A stretch of DNA of 64,000 bases, from assembly GCA_964423885.1 (NCBI GenBank), contig CAYRGD010000002.1:18128-82127 (forward strand). Reading direction: 5' to 3'. The position numbers and the translations under genes were made by a program. Within the stretch, counting starts at the first letter, position 1; each line of letters starts with the position of its first letter. This DNA comes from an uncultured Candidatus Saccharibacteria bacterium (lineage in GTDB: Bacteria > Patescibacteriota > UBA1384 > JACPKC01). This document shows, one piece after another, positions 10,592 to 19,635 of the stretch. The notes under the pieces are model-generated. The model saw only the letters and a program-made list of their open reading frames with translations, was not told where the DNA came from and made no database searches.

Positions 10592-11257
10592 ATGACAACA
10601 AAGACGGCGCACCTCATTTTCGCCTTGTTGGTACTCGCCTCGTTCGGATTGGCAGCCTGGGCGTACCCGCAGTTGCCGTCGGTCATCGCCAGCCACTGGA
10701 ACCTGGCGGGCCAGGTCGACGGGTATCTGCCCAAGGTCTGGGTGCTCGCGTTCGCGCCCGTTGCCACCGTGCTTATTTGGGGCCTGTGGGCGTTCATACC
10801 GCGGATCGATCCGCTGTCGGACAACCTCAGGCAGTTCGGGCGCGAGTACAATCTGCTTTTCCTTATGATCGCGCTCGTGCTGGTGGCGATCGACAAGGTG
10901 ACGCTCATCTGGAACCTTGGCCTACGGTTCCCGATGACGGGTGCCATCGTCGCCCTGCTCGGGCTGCTGTTCCTGGGCATCGGCACGCTACTGCCCCGCA
11001 TCCGGCGCAATTACTTCGTCGGGATCCGCACACCCTGGACGCTCGCGTCCGACGACGTATGGGCGTGGACGCATGCCCGTGCCGGCCGCTGGTTCTTGCT
11101 CGCTGGCTGCATCGCGATCCTGGCCGCGTTCCTGCCGCAGCCGTATGGGCCGTTGGTGGGCATCGCCGCGCCGGTGCTTGCCGCAGTCTGGTCAGTGGTC
11201 GACTCGTACCTTGGCTACCGCCGCGGACGGCACCTCGACAACCCCGGTCAAATCTGA
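10592..11257 (+). CDS. SdpI/DUF1648 family membrane (immunity-like) protein
   Basis: YPQLP...HWNLAGQVDG (DUF1648) and RNYFVGIRTPWTLASDDVW..TH (SdpI). Confidence 0.9.
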   Translation: MTTKTAHLIFALLVLASFGLAAWAYPQLPSVIASHWNLAGQVDGYLPKVWVLAFAPVATVLIWGLWAFIPRIDPLSDNLRQFGREYNLLFLMIALVLVAIDKVTLIWNLGLRFPMTGAIVALLGLLFLGIGTLLPRIRRNYFVGIRTPWTLASDDVWAWTHARAGRWFLLAGCIAILAAFLPQPYGPLVGIAAPVLAAVWSVVDSYLGYRRGRHLDNPGQI

Positions 11258-11363
11258 TACTATTCACCGTTACCTGCTGCGCACCACCCGTGCGCGATGG
11301 ATGCCGAGCTAGATATCCCTATCTACCATCGCTGTTCATCGAACCAAGGTAGAAGGATTATCT

Positions 11364-12662
11364 ATGGAATTCCAAGACAGCCGTTCCGCATTCGCACGAC
11401 CGAAACCGCACGGTTCCGGATCGCGCCGTGACCAGCATGGCCGCGGCAACCGCCAGCGCCCGGACCGACCACATACCGACCGCCGCGACCGTCCGCCTCG
11501 GAGCGGTGGCCGTCGCCCGTCGTCGGGCGGCAAGCGCTTCCAGGGCCAGTACATCGCGCCGGAACGCTACGTCCGGCAGGCGGTCGAAGCCGCTGCCGAG
11601 GCACCGTTCACGCCGGTCCACGCCTTCGGCGATTTCGGCTTTTTGCCCCAGTTGACGGCGACGCTCGCCCGCCGCGGATTCACCGCGCCCACGCCGATCC
11701 AGGACGGCGTCATCCCGCTTGTGCTGCAAGGCCACGACGTGATCGGGCTGGCCAACACCGGCACCGGCAAGACGGCCGCGTTCCTGCTGCCGCTGCTCCA
11801 TCGTCTCAAGACTAAGCAGCAAGCCGGGACCGCGCTTGTCATTACCCCGACCCGCGAGCTGGCAGTCCAGATCGAGCAGGAATTCCGCATGTTCAGCGAA
11901 GGCCTGGGGCTCCGGGCCGTGCTCTGTGTCGGCGGCATGAGCCTGCACAACCAGATCGCGAAGCTGCGCCAGTCGCCCCAGGTGGTGATCGGGACGCCGG
12001 GCCGCCTCAAGGACCTGCGCGACCGCGGCGCGCTCCGTTTCGACACGGTCGGCTTCTTCGTGCTCGACGAGGTCGACCGGATGCTCGACATGGGCTTCGT
12101 CCGCGACATCGAGGCGATCATGGCCCAGCTGCCGGCCGGTCGGCAGTCGGTCTGCTTGAGCGCCACCATCACGCCGGCGATCGAACAGCTGCTTGCCCGG
12201 TTGCTGAAGCAACCGAAAACGGTCTCGGTCCGCCGGGGCGACACCAGCCAGGCGATCGAGCAGGGGATCGTCGAGTACGGATCCGACCAAGAAAAGTTTG
12301 ACCTGCTGCTCGGCCTGCTCGCCAAGCCGGAATTCGGCAAGGTCCTGGTGTTCGGCCAGACGAAGTACGGCGTCCAGAAGCTGGCCAACCACCTGGGCAC
12401 CTACGGCCTCAAGGTCGAGGCGATCCACGGCAACAAATCCCAGTCGCAGCGCCAGCGCGCGCTCACGGCTTTCAAGGGCGGCCGGGTCTCGGCGCTCATC
12501 GCCACCGACGTCGCCGCCCGCGGCCTGGACATCCCCGACGTGAGCCACGTGATTAACTTCGACGAGCCGATGACGTACGATGAGTACGTACACCGGATCG
12601 GGCGTACCGGCAGGGCGGGCAAGCGCGGGTTCGCGCTCACCTTCGTCCCGGCCCGGCGCTAA
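11364..12662 (+). CDS. DEAD/DEAH-box RNA helicase
   Basis: PTPIQ, TGTGKT, PTRELA, DEVD, SAT, ARGLD, HRIGRTGR; basic disordered N-terminus. Confidence 0.95.
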   Translation: MEFQDSRSAFARPKPHGSGSRRDQHGRGNRQRPDRPHTDRRDRPPRSGGRRPSSGGKRFQGQYIAPERYVRQAVEAAAEAPFTPVHAFGDFGFLPQLTATLARRGFTAPTPIQDGVIPLVLQGHDVIGLANTGTGKTAAFLLPLLHRLKTKQQAGTALVITPTRELAVQIEQEFRMFSEGLGLRAVLCVGGMSLHNQIAKLRQSPQVVIGTPGRLKDLRDRGALRFDTVGFFVLDEVDRMLDMGFVRDIEAIMAQLPAGRQSVCLSATITPAIEQLLARLLKQPKTVSVRRGDTSQAIEQGIVEYGSDQEKFDLLLGLLAKPEFGKVLVFGQTKYGVQKLANHLGTYGLKVEAIHGNKSQSQRQRALTAFKGGRVSALIATDVAARGLDIPDVSHVINFDEPMTYDEYVHRIGRTGRAGKRGFALTFVPARR

Positions 12663-12680
12663 CGCACCCCAAGGAGGCGC

Positions 12681-13076
12681 ATGCACGGTTATCTCGACAA
12701 CATCGAAGCGGCGACGGTCGCCAATACCGACTACCGCCGGGTGGTCTACACGACCCCGAAATCACAGCTCGTGTTCATGCGTTTGAAACCGGGTGAGGAA
12801 ATCGGCAACGAGGTCCACAACGGCGACCAGTTCATCCGCGTCGAGGCCGGTACGGGCACGGCGCTGCTTAATAACACCGACGCATCGCCAGTATCCGACG
12901 GTACGGCGATCGTGGTACCCGCGGGCGTCTGGCACAATATCACCAACACCGGCACCGAGGACCTTGCCCTGTACACGCTCTATTCGCCGCCGCAGCACCT
13001 GCGCGACACCGTCCAGGCCACCAAGGCCGACGAGGTCGAGGACGAGTTCGACGGCCGCGTGAGCGAGGAGGCCTGA
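12681..13076 (+). CDS. Cupin domain protein
   Basis: [13 protein letters not shown] and VPAGVWHN cupin motifs; AGGAGG RBS. Confidence 0.85.
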   Translation: MHGYLDNIEAATVANTDYRRVVYTTPKSQLVFMRLKPGEEIGNEVHNGDQFIRVEAGTGTALLNNTDASPVSDGTAIVVPAGVWHNITNTGTEDLALYTLYSPPQHLRDTVQATKADEVEDEFDGRVSEEA

Positions 13077-13537
13077 TGGCCGCCGACCCGAAACGGCTCT
13101 ACCGTTCCGAATCCGACCGCGTGATCGGCGGCGTCGCCGGGGGGTTGGCCGAGTACTTCGGGATCGACGCGACGCTTGTCCGCCTCCTGTTTGTTCTGTT
13201 CGCGCTCCACGGCAGCGGCGTGTTCGTCTACCTGGTGCTCTGGGTGATTATCCCGACCGAGTCGTCGGTCCACCCGGCGGCGACCGAGCCGACGATCAAG
13301 GCCAACGTCAAGGAAGTCGAGCACAAGGTGAAGCATGCGGCCGGCGAGGCCGAGCACTGGGCCGGCACCACCGAGGCGCGGAACTGGCTCGGGATCGCCT
13401 TGCTGGCAGTCGGGCTCTGGTTTTTGTTCGTCAATTTCGGGCTCTTAAGCGTGCTCTTCGTCGGCAAGCTGTGGCCGGTACTGGTCATCCTGGTAGGCGT
13501 CGCCGTGCTCATGCGGTCGCAGCGGCGGGAGCGGTAG
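13076..13537 (+). CDS. PspC domain protein with C-terminal DUF5668/LiaF-like TM segment
   Basis: [24 protein letters not shown]...YLVLWVIIP; C-terminal [11 protein letters not shown]. Confidence 0.88.
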   Translation: MAADPKRLYRSESDRVIGGVAGGLAEYFGIDATLVRLLFVLFALHGSGVFVYLVLWVIIPTESSVHPAATEPTIKANVKEVEHKVKHAAGEAEHWAGTTEARNWLGIALLAVGLWFLFVNFGLLSVLFVGKLWPVLVILVGVAVLMRSQRRER

Positions 13538-13538
13538 G

Positions 13539-13904
13539 ATGGCCGGCCTCGTCCTGATCCTGATCGGCGGGCTGTTCCTGCTCCATAACTTCGGCTGGGT
13601 CGACTGGGCGGTGTTCGGGTTCCTCTGGCAGTTCTGGCCGGTGATCCTCATCCTGCTTGGCTTGAAGCTGCTGTCGGCGGGTTCGTACCTGGGCCGACAG
13701 CTGGTCGGCATCGCCGGGACGCTGCTCGTCGTCTACCTGTTCCTGTACGCGGTCTACGCAACGAGCCCAGTGAGCCGCGATATCTTGGCGCCGCTCGCGC
13801 CGTACTTCCCGCACAAGGAAGAGCAACGGCAGGAGCAACCTGCGCCAGGCATACCGGTACCGACCCGTTCGTACTACCGCCTGCCGCCGGCGCGGACCTT
13901 CTGA
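13539..13904 (+). CDS. DUF5668/LiaF-like membrane protein
   Basis: GLVLILIGGLFLLHNFG...QFWPVILILLG. Confidence 0.75.
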   Translation: MAGLVLILIGGLFLLHNFGWVDWAVFGFLWQFWPVILILLGLKLLSAGSYLGRQLVGIAGTLLVVYLFLYAVYATSPVSRDILAPLAPYFPHKEEQRQEQPAPGIPVPTRSYYRLPPARTF

Positions 13905-14212
13905 TGGCGGTACTAGCCACCTTCCTGCAAGCGGTCGCAGCCTGGATCTTCGGGTTCGTACTTGTCTCTATGCTCGGCATCGGCAACGGGGCCGAGATCG
14001 TGGCGATCCCGCTTGCAATGGCCTTCGCGATCTGGGCGATTGGCGGCATGTTCGACCGGCGCCTGGCGACCGGGCCGGTGTTCTGGCGGATCACGCTGGC
14101 TGCCTTCGTGGGCGCGCTCATCATGGCTACGGGCTGGCTGCGTATTCTCGGCATCTTCCTGCCCATGATTTTCGGTATCGTCACCTACCGCGCCCTTGCC
14201 CGGCGCCGGTAA
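13904..14212 (+). CDS. Small multi-TM hypothetical protein
   Basis: Hydrophobic ORF coupled to the previous stop (TGATG). Confidence 0.65.
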   Translation: MAVLATFLQAVAAWIFGFVLVSMLGIGNGAEIVAIPLAMAFAIWAIGGMFDRRLATGPVFWRITLAAFVGALIMATGWLRILGIFLPMIFGIVTYRALARRR

Positions 14213-14225
14213 GCAAAGGAGGCCT

Positions 14226-15020
14226 ATGGATCGCACATCGCTCAAGGACTTGGTGTCGCTCGCCGGGAGTACAGCGCTCGTGACCGGCGGGGCGATGGGG
14301 ATCGGCGAGGGGATCGCCTACCGCTTGGCCGAAGCCGGCGCGAACGTGGTGATCGCTGACCTCGACGACGAGGCCGCTGCGGCAGCGGTGGCCGCGTACC
14401 AAGCCAAGGGTTGGTCGGCCGCAGCCGTGCATCTCGACGTCGCCGATCCGGAATCGGTCGGTGCTGCGATTGCGTTCGCGGTCGAGACGTACGGCAGCCT
14501 CGATATCCTGGTCAACAACGCCGGCATCTACCCGCAGAAGCTGGTCATGGAGATGACGCCCGACGACTTCGACCGCGTGATCGCGGTCAACCTGCGCGGG
14601 GTGTACCTGATGACCCACGTCGCGGCTGCCCAGATGATCAAGCAGGGCAAAGGCGGTCGGATCGTCAACGTCACCTCGGTCGACGCGCTCCACCCGTCGA
14701 TGACCGGCCTTGCCCACTACGACGCAAGCAAGCACGGCGTCTGGGGGTTCACCAAGAACGTCGCGCTCGAGCTGGCCGAGCACAATATCCGCGTGAACGC
14801 GCTCGCGCCGGGCGGGATCAGTACGCCAGGCGTCGCGAAGTTGTCAGGCGGCGGCCAGGCGGACGAGTCCGTCATTAAAGCCTTCGAGGCCAAGATTCCC
14901 ATGCACCGGTTCGGCGAGCCCGACGATATCGGCCGGGCAGCGCTGTTCCTCGCATCCGATTTGAGTTCGTACATGACCGGCGCCCAGGTGGTCGTCGACG
15001 GCGGCGTCCTGCTGCGCTAG
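14226..15020 (+). CDS. Short-chain dehydrogenase/reductase (SDR)
   Basis: TGGAMGIG, NNAG, YDASK, PGG; AAAGGAGG RBS. Confidence 0.93.
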   Translation: MDRTSLKDLVSLAGSTALVTGGAMGIGEGIAYRLAEAGANVVIADLDDEAAAAAVAAYQAKGWSAAAVHLDVADPESVGAAIAFAVETYGSLDILVNNAGIYPQKLVMEMTPDDFDRVIAVNLRGVYLMTHVAAAQMIKQGKGGRIVNVTSVDALHPSMTGLAHYDASKHGVWGFTKNVALELAEHNIRVNALAPGGISTPGVAKLSGGGQADESVIKAFEAKIPMHRFGEPDDIGRAALFLASDLSSYMTGAQVVVDGGVLLR

Positions 15021-15038
15021 TAGATCCAAGGAGGGGCT

Positions 15039-15425
15039 ATGGCAACATCCAAGTACATTCCCGGCGTCTGCAATATCGGCCCGGGCCAAGTGCAGGTCCG
15101 CAGAGTCTTCGGCATGGTCGGGGCGCTGACTGCGATCGTCACCTGGGATCTGCTCATCCGCGTGGGTGCTAGTCCGGCATGGTACTGGCTACTCACCGTA
15201 CCGACCGCCGCGGCGGCACTCGGTTTCCTGCAGGCGGCGAGCCGGTTCTGTGCGGACTTCGGTCTGCGCGGCGTATTCAATATGGACCCGGCTGTTACGG
15301 GCAGCGACTCACCGGTCCAAGCGAAATACCGTGCCCAGGATCGGCGCAAGGCAATCGGCCTGCTTTTCTACTCGGTCGTGATCGGGTCGCTCGTCGCAGC
15401 CGCTGCGTTCGCGTTGGCGGCCTAG
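15039..15425 (+). CDS. Hypothetical membrane protein (YxPGVCNIG motif)
   Basis: AAGGAGG RBS, three hydrophobic segments, two Cys. Confidence 0.75.
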   Translation: MATSKYIPGVCNIGPGQVQVRRVFGMVGALTAIVTWDLLIRVGASPAWYWLLTVPTAAAALGFLQAASRFCADFGLRGVFNMDPAVTGSDSPVQAKYRAQDRRKAIGLLFYSVVIGSLVAAAAFALAA

Positions 15426-15429
15426 GCCG

Positions 15430-16665
15430 TTACTGCGGCCGGAGTACGCGCATCGAGCGGACCTGGCTCGTGGCGTAACCGCGCCCGCCGCCCAAGGGAT
15501 CTTCCATGAGGTAGTGGTCGCCGGACTTGCCCTCGACCACCACGAAGTGCGACGAGCCGTCGGCGTTCAGGGCGCCCACCTGCGGTAGGTACACGCTCAG
15601 GATTACCGGGTGGTTCTGCGCGAGTTCGGCATCCACTGTCCGCCAGTTGACCGGCCCTTGGTCGGTGACCACAAGTCCGAGGCCGCTCACGATCGTCGAG
15701 ACGAAGGCGTTACCGTTGCGGTCGAACCAGCTGGCGTGGTTGGCGATATCCGGAGGCGTCACCCGGTGGCCGTAGAACGTCGAGACCATGGCGATCGAAG
15801 TGACCAGACAGCCGTAGTCATGGATCGTGAACGGGCTGTTGCCCAGGGTCGTCTGGTAGTTGAGCTGGTTGTAGGCCCAGCTGGCCGAGCTGCTGGTCGA
15901 GATGATGTCGGTGCCCCAGCGCGCGGTGGCGGTAAGCACGCTCAGCTTCGCCTCGATCGCGAGCACCTGGGCTTGCAGCGCCTTCGCCTCGGTCGAGGCG
16001 GACTGCTGTTCGGCTACGGCCTGGGCCTGTTCGGCGAGCGTCGTCGCTTTGGCGGCGGCGATCTGCGCCTTGGCGCTTTCCTGCTTCGCCTTGAGCGCGG
16101 TCAGCTCGTCCTGCTGTTCCTTGAGGGCGTCCTGCTCCTGCTTGAGCGCGGCCTGCTTGGTTTTGATCTCGCCGATCGCCAGTTCGAGCGACTCGCTGAT
16201 CGAATTGAAGTACTGCTGGCGGTTAATGAGGTCGGATACGCTGTTGCTCGTGATGGCGGCCAGCGTCGGGTCGAACCCGCCTTCCTCGTACAGGTTGCGC
16301 AGGAGCTCGTCTTTGTTCCGGTTCTGGGTGTCGAGCGCGGCCTGCGCCTCGGCCATGGCGGCCTGCTTGTCGGCGATATTCTTGGTCACATCGCCTATCG
16401 TCTGCTCGGTTTGGGAAAGCTCGGCCTGGGTATCGGCCAGTTGGGCAGTCAGTGACTGCGCCTGGCTCTTGAACTGCGCCGCGTCCTTGGCCGCCTGCGC
16501 TGCTTCCTGCTGCTTGCGGGCGGCTTCTTCCTTCAGCTTCTTCTGTTGGTTCTGCAGTTGCTGCACCTGGCTCGAGGTCAATGCCTCGGCCGGCGCGCTC
16601 CCGAGCGCGAAAAACGACACTCCAAGGAGTGCCAGTACTACGTAGACCCGGAATCTGTGTCCCAT
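15430..16665 (-). CDS. Secreted coiled-coil (PcsB/CwlO-like) protein with C-terminal C39-like cysteine peptidase
   Basis: Signal peptide, long Q/A/K heptad region, YGCLVTSIAM...SHFVVV...DP catalytic C/H/D pattern. Confidence 0.8.
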   Translation of the reverse strand: MGHRFRVYVVLALLGVSFFALGSAPAEALTSSQVQQLQNQQKKLKEEAARKQQEAAQAAKDAAQFKSQAQSLTAQLADTQAELSQTEQTIGDVTKNIADKQAAMAEAQAALDTQNRNKDELLRNLYEEGGFDPTLAAITSNSVSDLINRQQYFNSISESLELAIGEIKTKQAALKQEQDALKEQQDELTALKAKQESAKAQIAAAKATTLAEQAQAVAEQQSASTEAKALQAQVLAIEAKLSVLTATARWGTDIISTSSSASWAYNQLNYQTTLGNSPFTIHDYGCLVTSIAMVSTFYGHRVTPPDIANHASWFDRNGNAFVSTIVSGLGLVVTDQGPVNWRTVDAELAQNHPVILSVYLPQVGALNADGSSHFVVVEGKSGDHYLMEDPLGGGRGYATSQVRSMRVLRPQ

Positions 16666-16814
16666 CCCGCTCCTTTCGTGCGGAGGTACTATAGCACACT
16701 ATCTCTCGCGGTACCGCTGGTTTGCCGGTGGCCGGCTGTGGAAATACGGGAGTTTGACATTTCCCACGTCCGGAGTTTGTATAGACATACTATATAGAGG
16801 GAAAGGAGCGGGGC

Positions 16815-17675
16815 ATGAGGAACGTACTTGCGCGGATGCGCGGACTGGTTGCGGTCGGGGCTGTGGTGCTGTCTGGGGTGTTTCCGGTGCTGGGCGCTGC
16901 CCAGATCGCAACGGCCGCCACACCGCCGACTTGGGATGTCCGCGGGAACTACACGGTTAACTTCCACTGCCTGACCGGCTGTTCCGGCGATTGGCTGCAC
17001 AGCATGCACGTGGCGAGCGAGAACTTCGGCAACGGCAACTTCGCCGGTACGGGTTACTATATCCCGGATACGAGCTACACCTGGAATATGACTGGCAACA
17101 CGACCGGTGACGCCGTGGCGTTCACGATCGTGTACACCGGCACCGAGGCGGGCTCGACCTACAATCTTGTCGGCACGATCGACGAGGACGGCCGCATGGC
17201 TGGCACGGCGAGCGGCAACGGCGCAACGTTCACCTGGGACGCGCCGACCGGCATGGCGATCGAGGTCGTGGGCAACGGCGTGAAGCCGGCGGGCTGCACC
17301 GGCACCTATACGAGCGTGATCCAGGGCACGAACGGCAACGATACCTTGAAGGGCACGGCCCAGAACGACCTTATCTTCGGCTACGGCGGCAACGATAAGA
17401 TCACCGGCGCGAGCGGCAACGACTGCATCGTCGGCGGGGCAGGCAAGGATACGATTGACGGCGGCTCGGGCAGCGACGTCATCTACGGCAAGGGCGGCGC
17501 GGACACAATCGACGGCGGTGCGGGCGATGATACGATCTACGGCAACGCCGGTGACGACAAGCTGTCGGGCGGTTCGGGCAACGACACGATCGTGGGTGGC
17601 AACGGCACCGACACTGCCGACGGCGGCACCGGCACGGATTCGTGCAGCGCCGAAACCACCAAGAAGTGCGAGTAA
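16815..17675 (+). CDS. Secreted protein with RTX/hemolysin-type Ca2+-binding repeats
   Basis: Signal peptide; repeated GGxGxDxI nonapeptides; AAAGGAG RBS. Confidence 0.85.
   Translation: MRNVLARMRGLVAVGAVVLSGVFPVLGAAQIATAATPPTWDVRGNYTVNFHCLTGCSGDWLHSMHVASENFGNGNFAGTGYYIPDTSYTWNMTGNTTGDAVAFTIVYTGTEAGSTYNLVGTIDEDGRMAGTASGNGATFTWDAPTGMAIEVVGNGVKPAGCTGTYTSVIQGTNGNDTLKGTAQNDLIFGYGGNDKITGASGNDCIVGGAGKDTIDGGSGSDVIYGKGGADTIDGGAGDDTIYGNAGDDKLSGGSGNDTIVGGNGTDTADGGTGTDSCSAETTKKCE
17320..17645 (+). repeat. RTX-like nonapeptide repeats (coding)
   Basis: GTNGNDTLK, GYGGNDKIT, GGAGKDTID, GGSGSDVIY, GGAGDDTIY, GGSGNDTIV and others. Confidence 0.8.
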
Positions 17676-17692
17676 TACGCTCCTAGTAATGG

Positions 17693-17721
17693 AACGCGGT
17701 GCCACCGGGCGCCGCGTTTTT
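17693..17721 (+). terminator. Intrinsic terminator
   Basis: AACGCGGTGCC-accg-GGCGCCGCGTT-TTT. Confidence 0.75.
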
Positions 17722-17735
17722 GGTACTGTACCCCT

Positions 17736-19235
17736 ATGAAGCTCCAGCTGACCAAGTCCGACTACATGATGTACCTCAAGCACCCGGCGTGGCTGTGGCT
17801 CAAAAAGCACGACAAGTCGAAGCTGCCCCCGGTCGACGACAACTTGCAGGCCGTATTCGACACCGGCCACAAGTTCGAGCCGTACGCCGAGGCACGGTTC
17901 CCCGGCGGCACCACGCTCGGGTTCAACGACTACGGCCAGTACCTGTCGTTGCCGAAGCGCACCCAGGCCGCGCTCGACGAGGGCGCCGCGACCCTGTTCC
18001 AGGGGCGGGTGGAGCACGGCCAGCTGACCTGCATCTTCGACGTGCTCGAACGTACGGAGGGCGGCTATAATCTGTACGAGATTAAGTCCGCTACCCGCGA
18101 AAAGCGCGAGCACCTGCTCGACCTGGCGTTCCAGAAGCACGTGCTCGAACTGGCCGGACTGCCGGTCAAGCGCTGTAGCGTCATCGTCGTCAACCCGCGC
18201 TACGTCCGCCGCGGCGACATCGAGGCGCGCAAGCTCACCCGTGTGATCGACGTGACCGCCGAGGTCGACGCGCTCGCCGAGCAGACCAAGACGGATATCG
18301 CCGCCGCGCTCGCGGTCATGGACTCTCCGACCCGACCGGACATCTCGCCCCGCTACGCCCAGGGCTATTACGTCAAAGATTGGATCGAGATCTTCCTGTC
18401 GCTGTCGGCTACGGATACCGACCCGTACAGCATATACCGGCTGTCGTCGCTCAAGGGTGATCTGCTCGGAGAACTCGAGGACCAGGGGATCCAAAAGATC
18501 AGCCAGATCCCGCCGGATTTCCCGCTGCAGCACGCCAAGTACCAGCGGGTGGTCGAGCTGTCGCGCCTGGGTGCGCCGGTCATCGACGCGGCCAAGGTGG
18601 CGGATTTTCTACGCACCTTTACGTTCCCGCTCTACTTCTTCGACTACGAAACCATGAGCAGCATCATCCCGCCGTTCGACGGCACGCGCCCGTTCCAGCA
18701 GCTGCCCACCCAGTACTCGCTCCACATCCTGCCCGCGCCCGGCGCCGAGCTCGTCCACAAGGAATTCCTCCACCGCGATTCGAGCGACCCGTGCCTGCCA
18801 TTGCTCAAGCAGCTAGTGGAGGATATCGGGACGGAAGGGACCGTGCTCGCGTGGTACGACAAGTTCGAAAAGGGCGTCAACGAATCGCTCGGCGAGCTCC
18901 ACCCCGACTACAAAGACCGAATGACGGCCCTGAACGACCGCATCCTCGACCTGATGACCCCGTTCTCGCAGGGTTGGTACGAGGACTACCGGTTTTTGGG
19001 CAGCGCCAGTATCAAGAAGGTGCTGCCAGTACTGGTGCCCGACCTGACCTATAAAACGCTTACCGTACAGAACGGCGAAGCCGCCCAGCGTCTTTGGATG
19101 GAAACCGTGCTCGAGGGCAAGAATCCCGACGGCAAGGAGCAGCTGTTCAAAGATCTCTTGGAATACTGTGGCCTGGACACCTACGCGATGGTGCGGATTT
19201 ACCAAGCCCTACTTGAGCGGAGTGCAGGGGCGTAG
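17736..19235 (+). CDS. DUF2779 domain protein: N-terminal PD-(D/E)XK nuclease plus C-terminal RNase H-like/DEDD domain
   Basis: FDVL...YEIKS...DLAFQ (PD-D/ExK); FFDYET, SIKKVLP, YCGLDT (exonuclease-like motifs). Confidence 0.8.
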   Translation: MKLQLTKSDYMMYLKHPAWLWLKKHDKSKLPPVDDNLQAVFDTGHKFEPYAEARFPGGTTLGFNDYGQYLSLPKRTQAALDEGAATLFQGRVEHGQLTCIFDVLERTEGGYNLYEIKSATREKREHLLDLAFQKHVLELAGLPVKRCSVIVVNPRYVRRGDIEARKLTRVIDVTAEVDALAEQTKTDIAAALAVMDSPTRPDISPRYAQGYYVKDWIEIFLSLSATDTDPYSIYRLSSLKGDLLGELEDQGIQKISQIPPDFPLQHAKYQRVVELSRLGAPVIDAAKVADFLRTFTFPLYFFDYETMSSIIPPFDGTRPFQQLPTQYSLHILPAPGAELVHKEFLHRDSSDPCLPLLKQLVEDIGTEGTVLAWYDKFEKGVNESLGELHPDYKDRMTALNDRILDLMTPFSQGWYEDYRFLGSASIKKVLPVLVPDLTYKTLTVQNGEAAQRLWMETVLEGKNPDGKEQLFKDLLEYCGLDTYAMVRIYQALLERSAGA

Positions 19236-19258
19236 CCGAAAAGTGATATATTCAAGGC

Positions 19259-19624
19259 ATGGCTTCTGAATTGCAGGAACTAACACGGCGGATCACCGCG
19301 TTCCGTGACGCGCGGGACTGGAAACAGTTCCACAACCCCAAAGACCTAGCGTTATCGTTAGTGCTAGAAGCCGCCGAGGTGATGGAGCACTTCCAGTGGA
19401 AGTCACCGGACGAAATCGCAGACTACGTACAATCAAACAAAGAGGATATTGCCGAGGAGCTGGCTGACACGCTCTACTGGACGCTGCTGCTCGCACACGA
19501 TCTGGATATCGACCTGGCCGACGCTTTTTCGCGCAAGATGGCGAAGAACGATGCAAAGTATCCTGCCGATCAAGCCAAGGGGCGGCACGATAAATATACG
19601 GCGTACCGTCGATCCAAGATTTGA
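19259..19624 (+). CDS. MazG-like nucleotide pyrophosphohydrolase
   Basis: RDWKQFHNPKDLA..LVLEAAE..EHFQW...EELAD...KNDAKYP. Confidence 0.9.
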   Translation: MASELQELTRRITAFRDARDWKQFHNPKDLALSLVLEAAEVMEHFQWKSPDEIADYVQSNKEDIAEELADTLYWTLLLAHDLDIDLADAFSRKMAKNDAKYPADQAKGRHDKYTAYRRSKI

Positions 19625-19635
19625 GGAGTCTCAAC

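Noticed and set aside
17736-19235. Cas4/CRISPR locus
   Set aside because: No Fe-S Cys motif, no other cas genes and no repeat-spacer array in the window.
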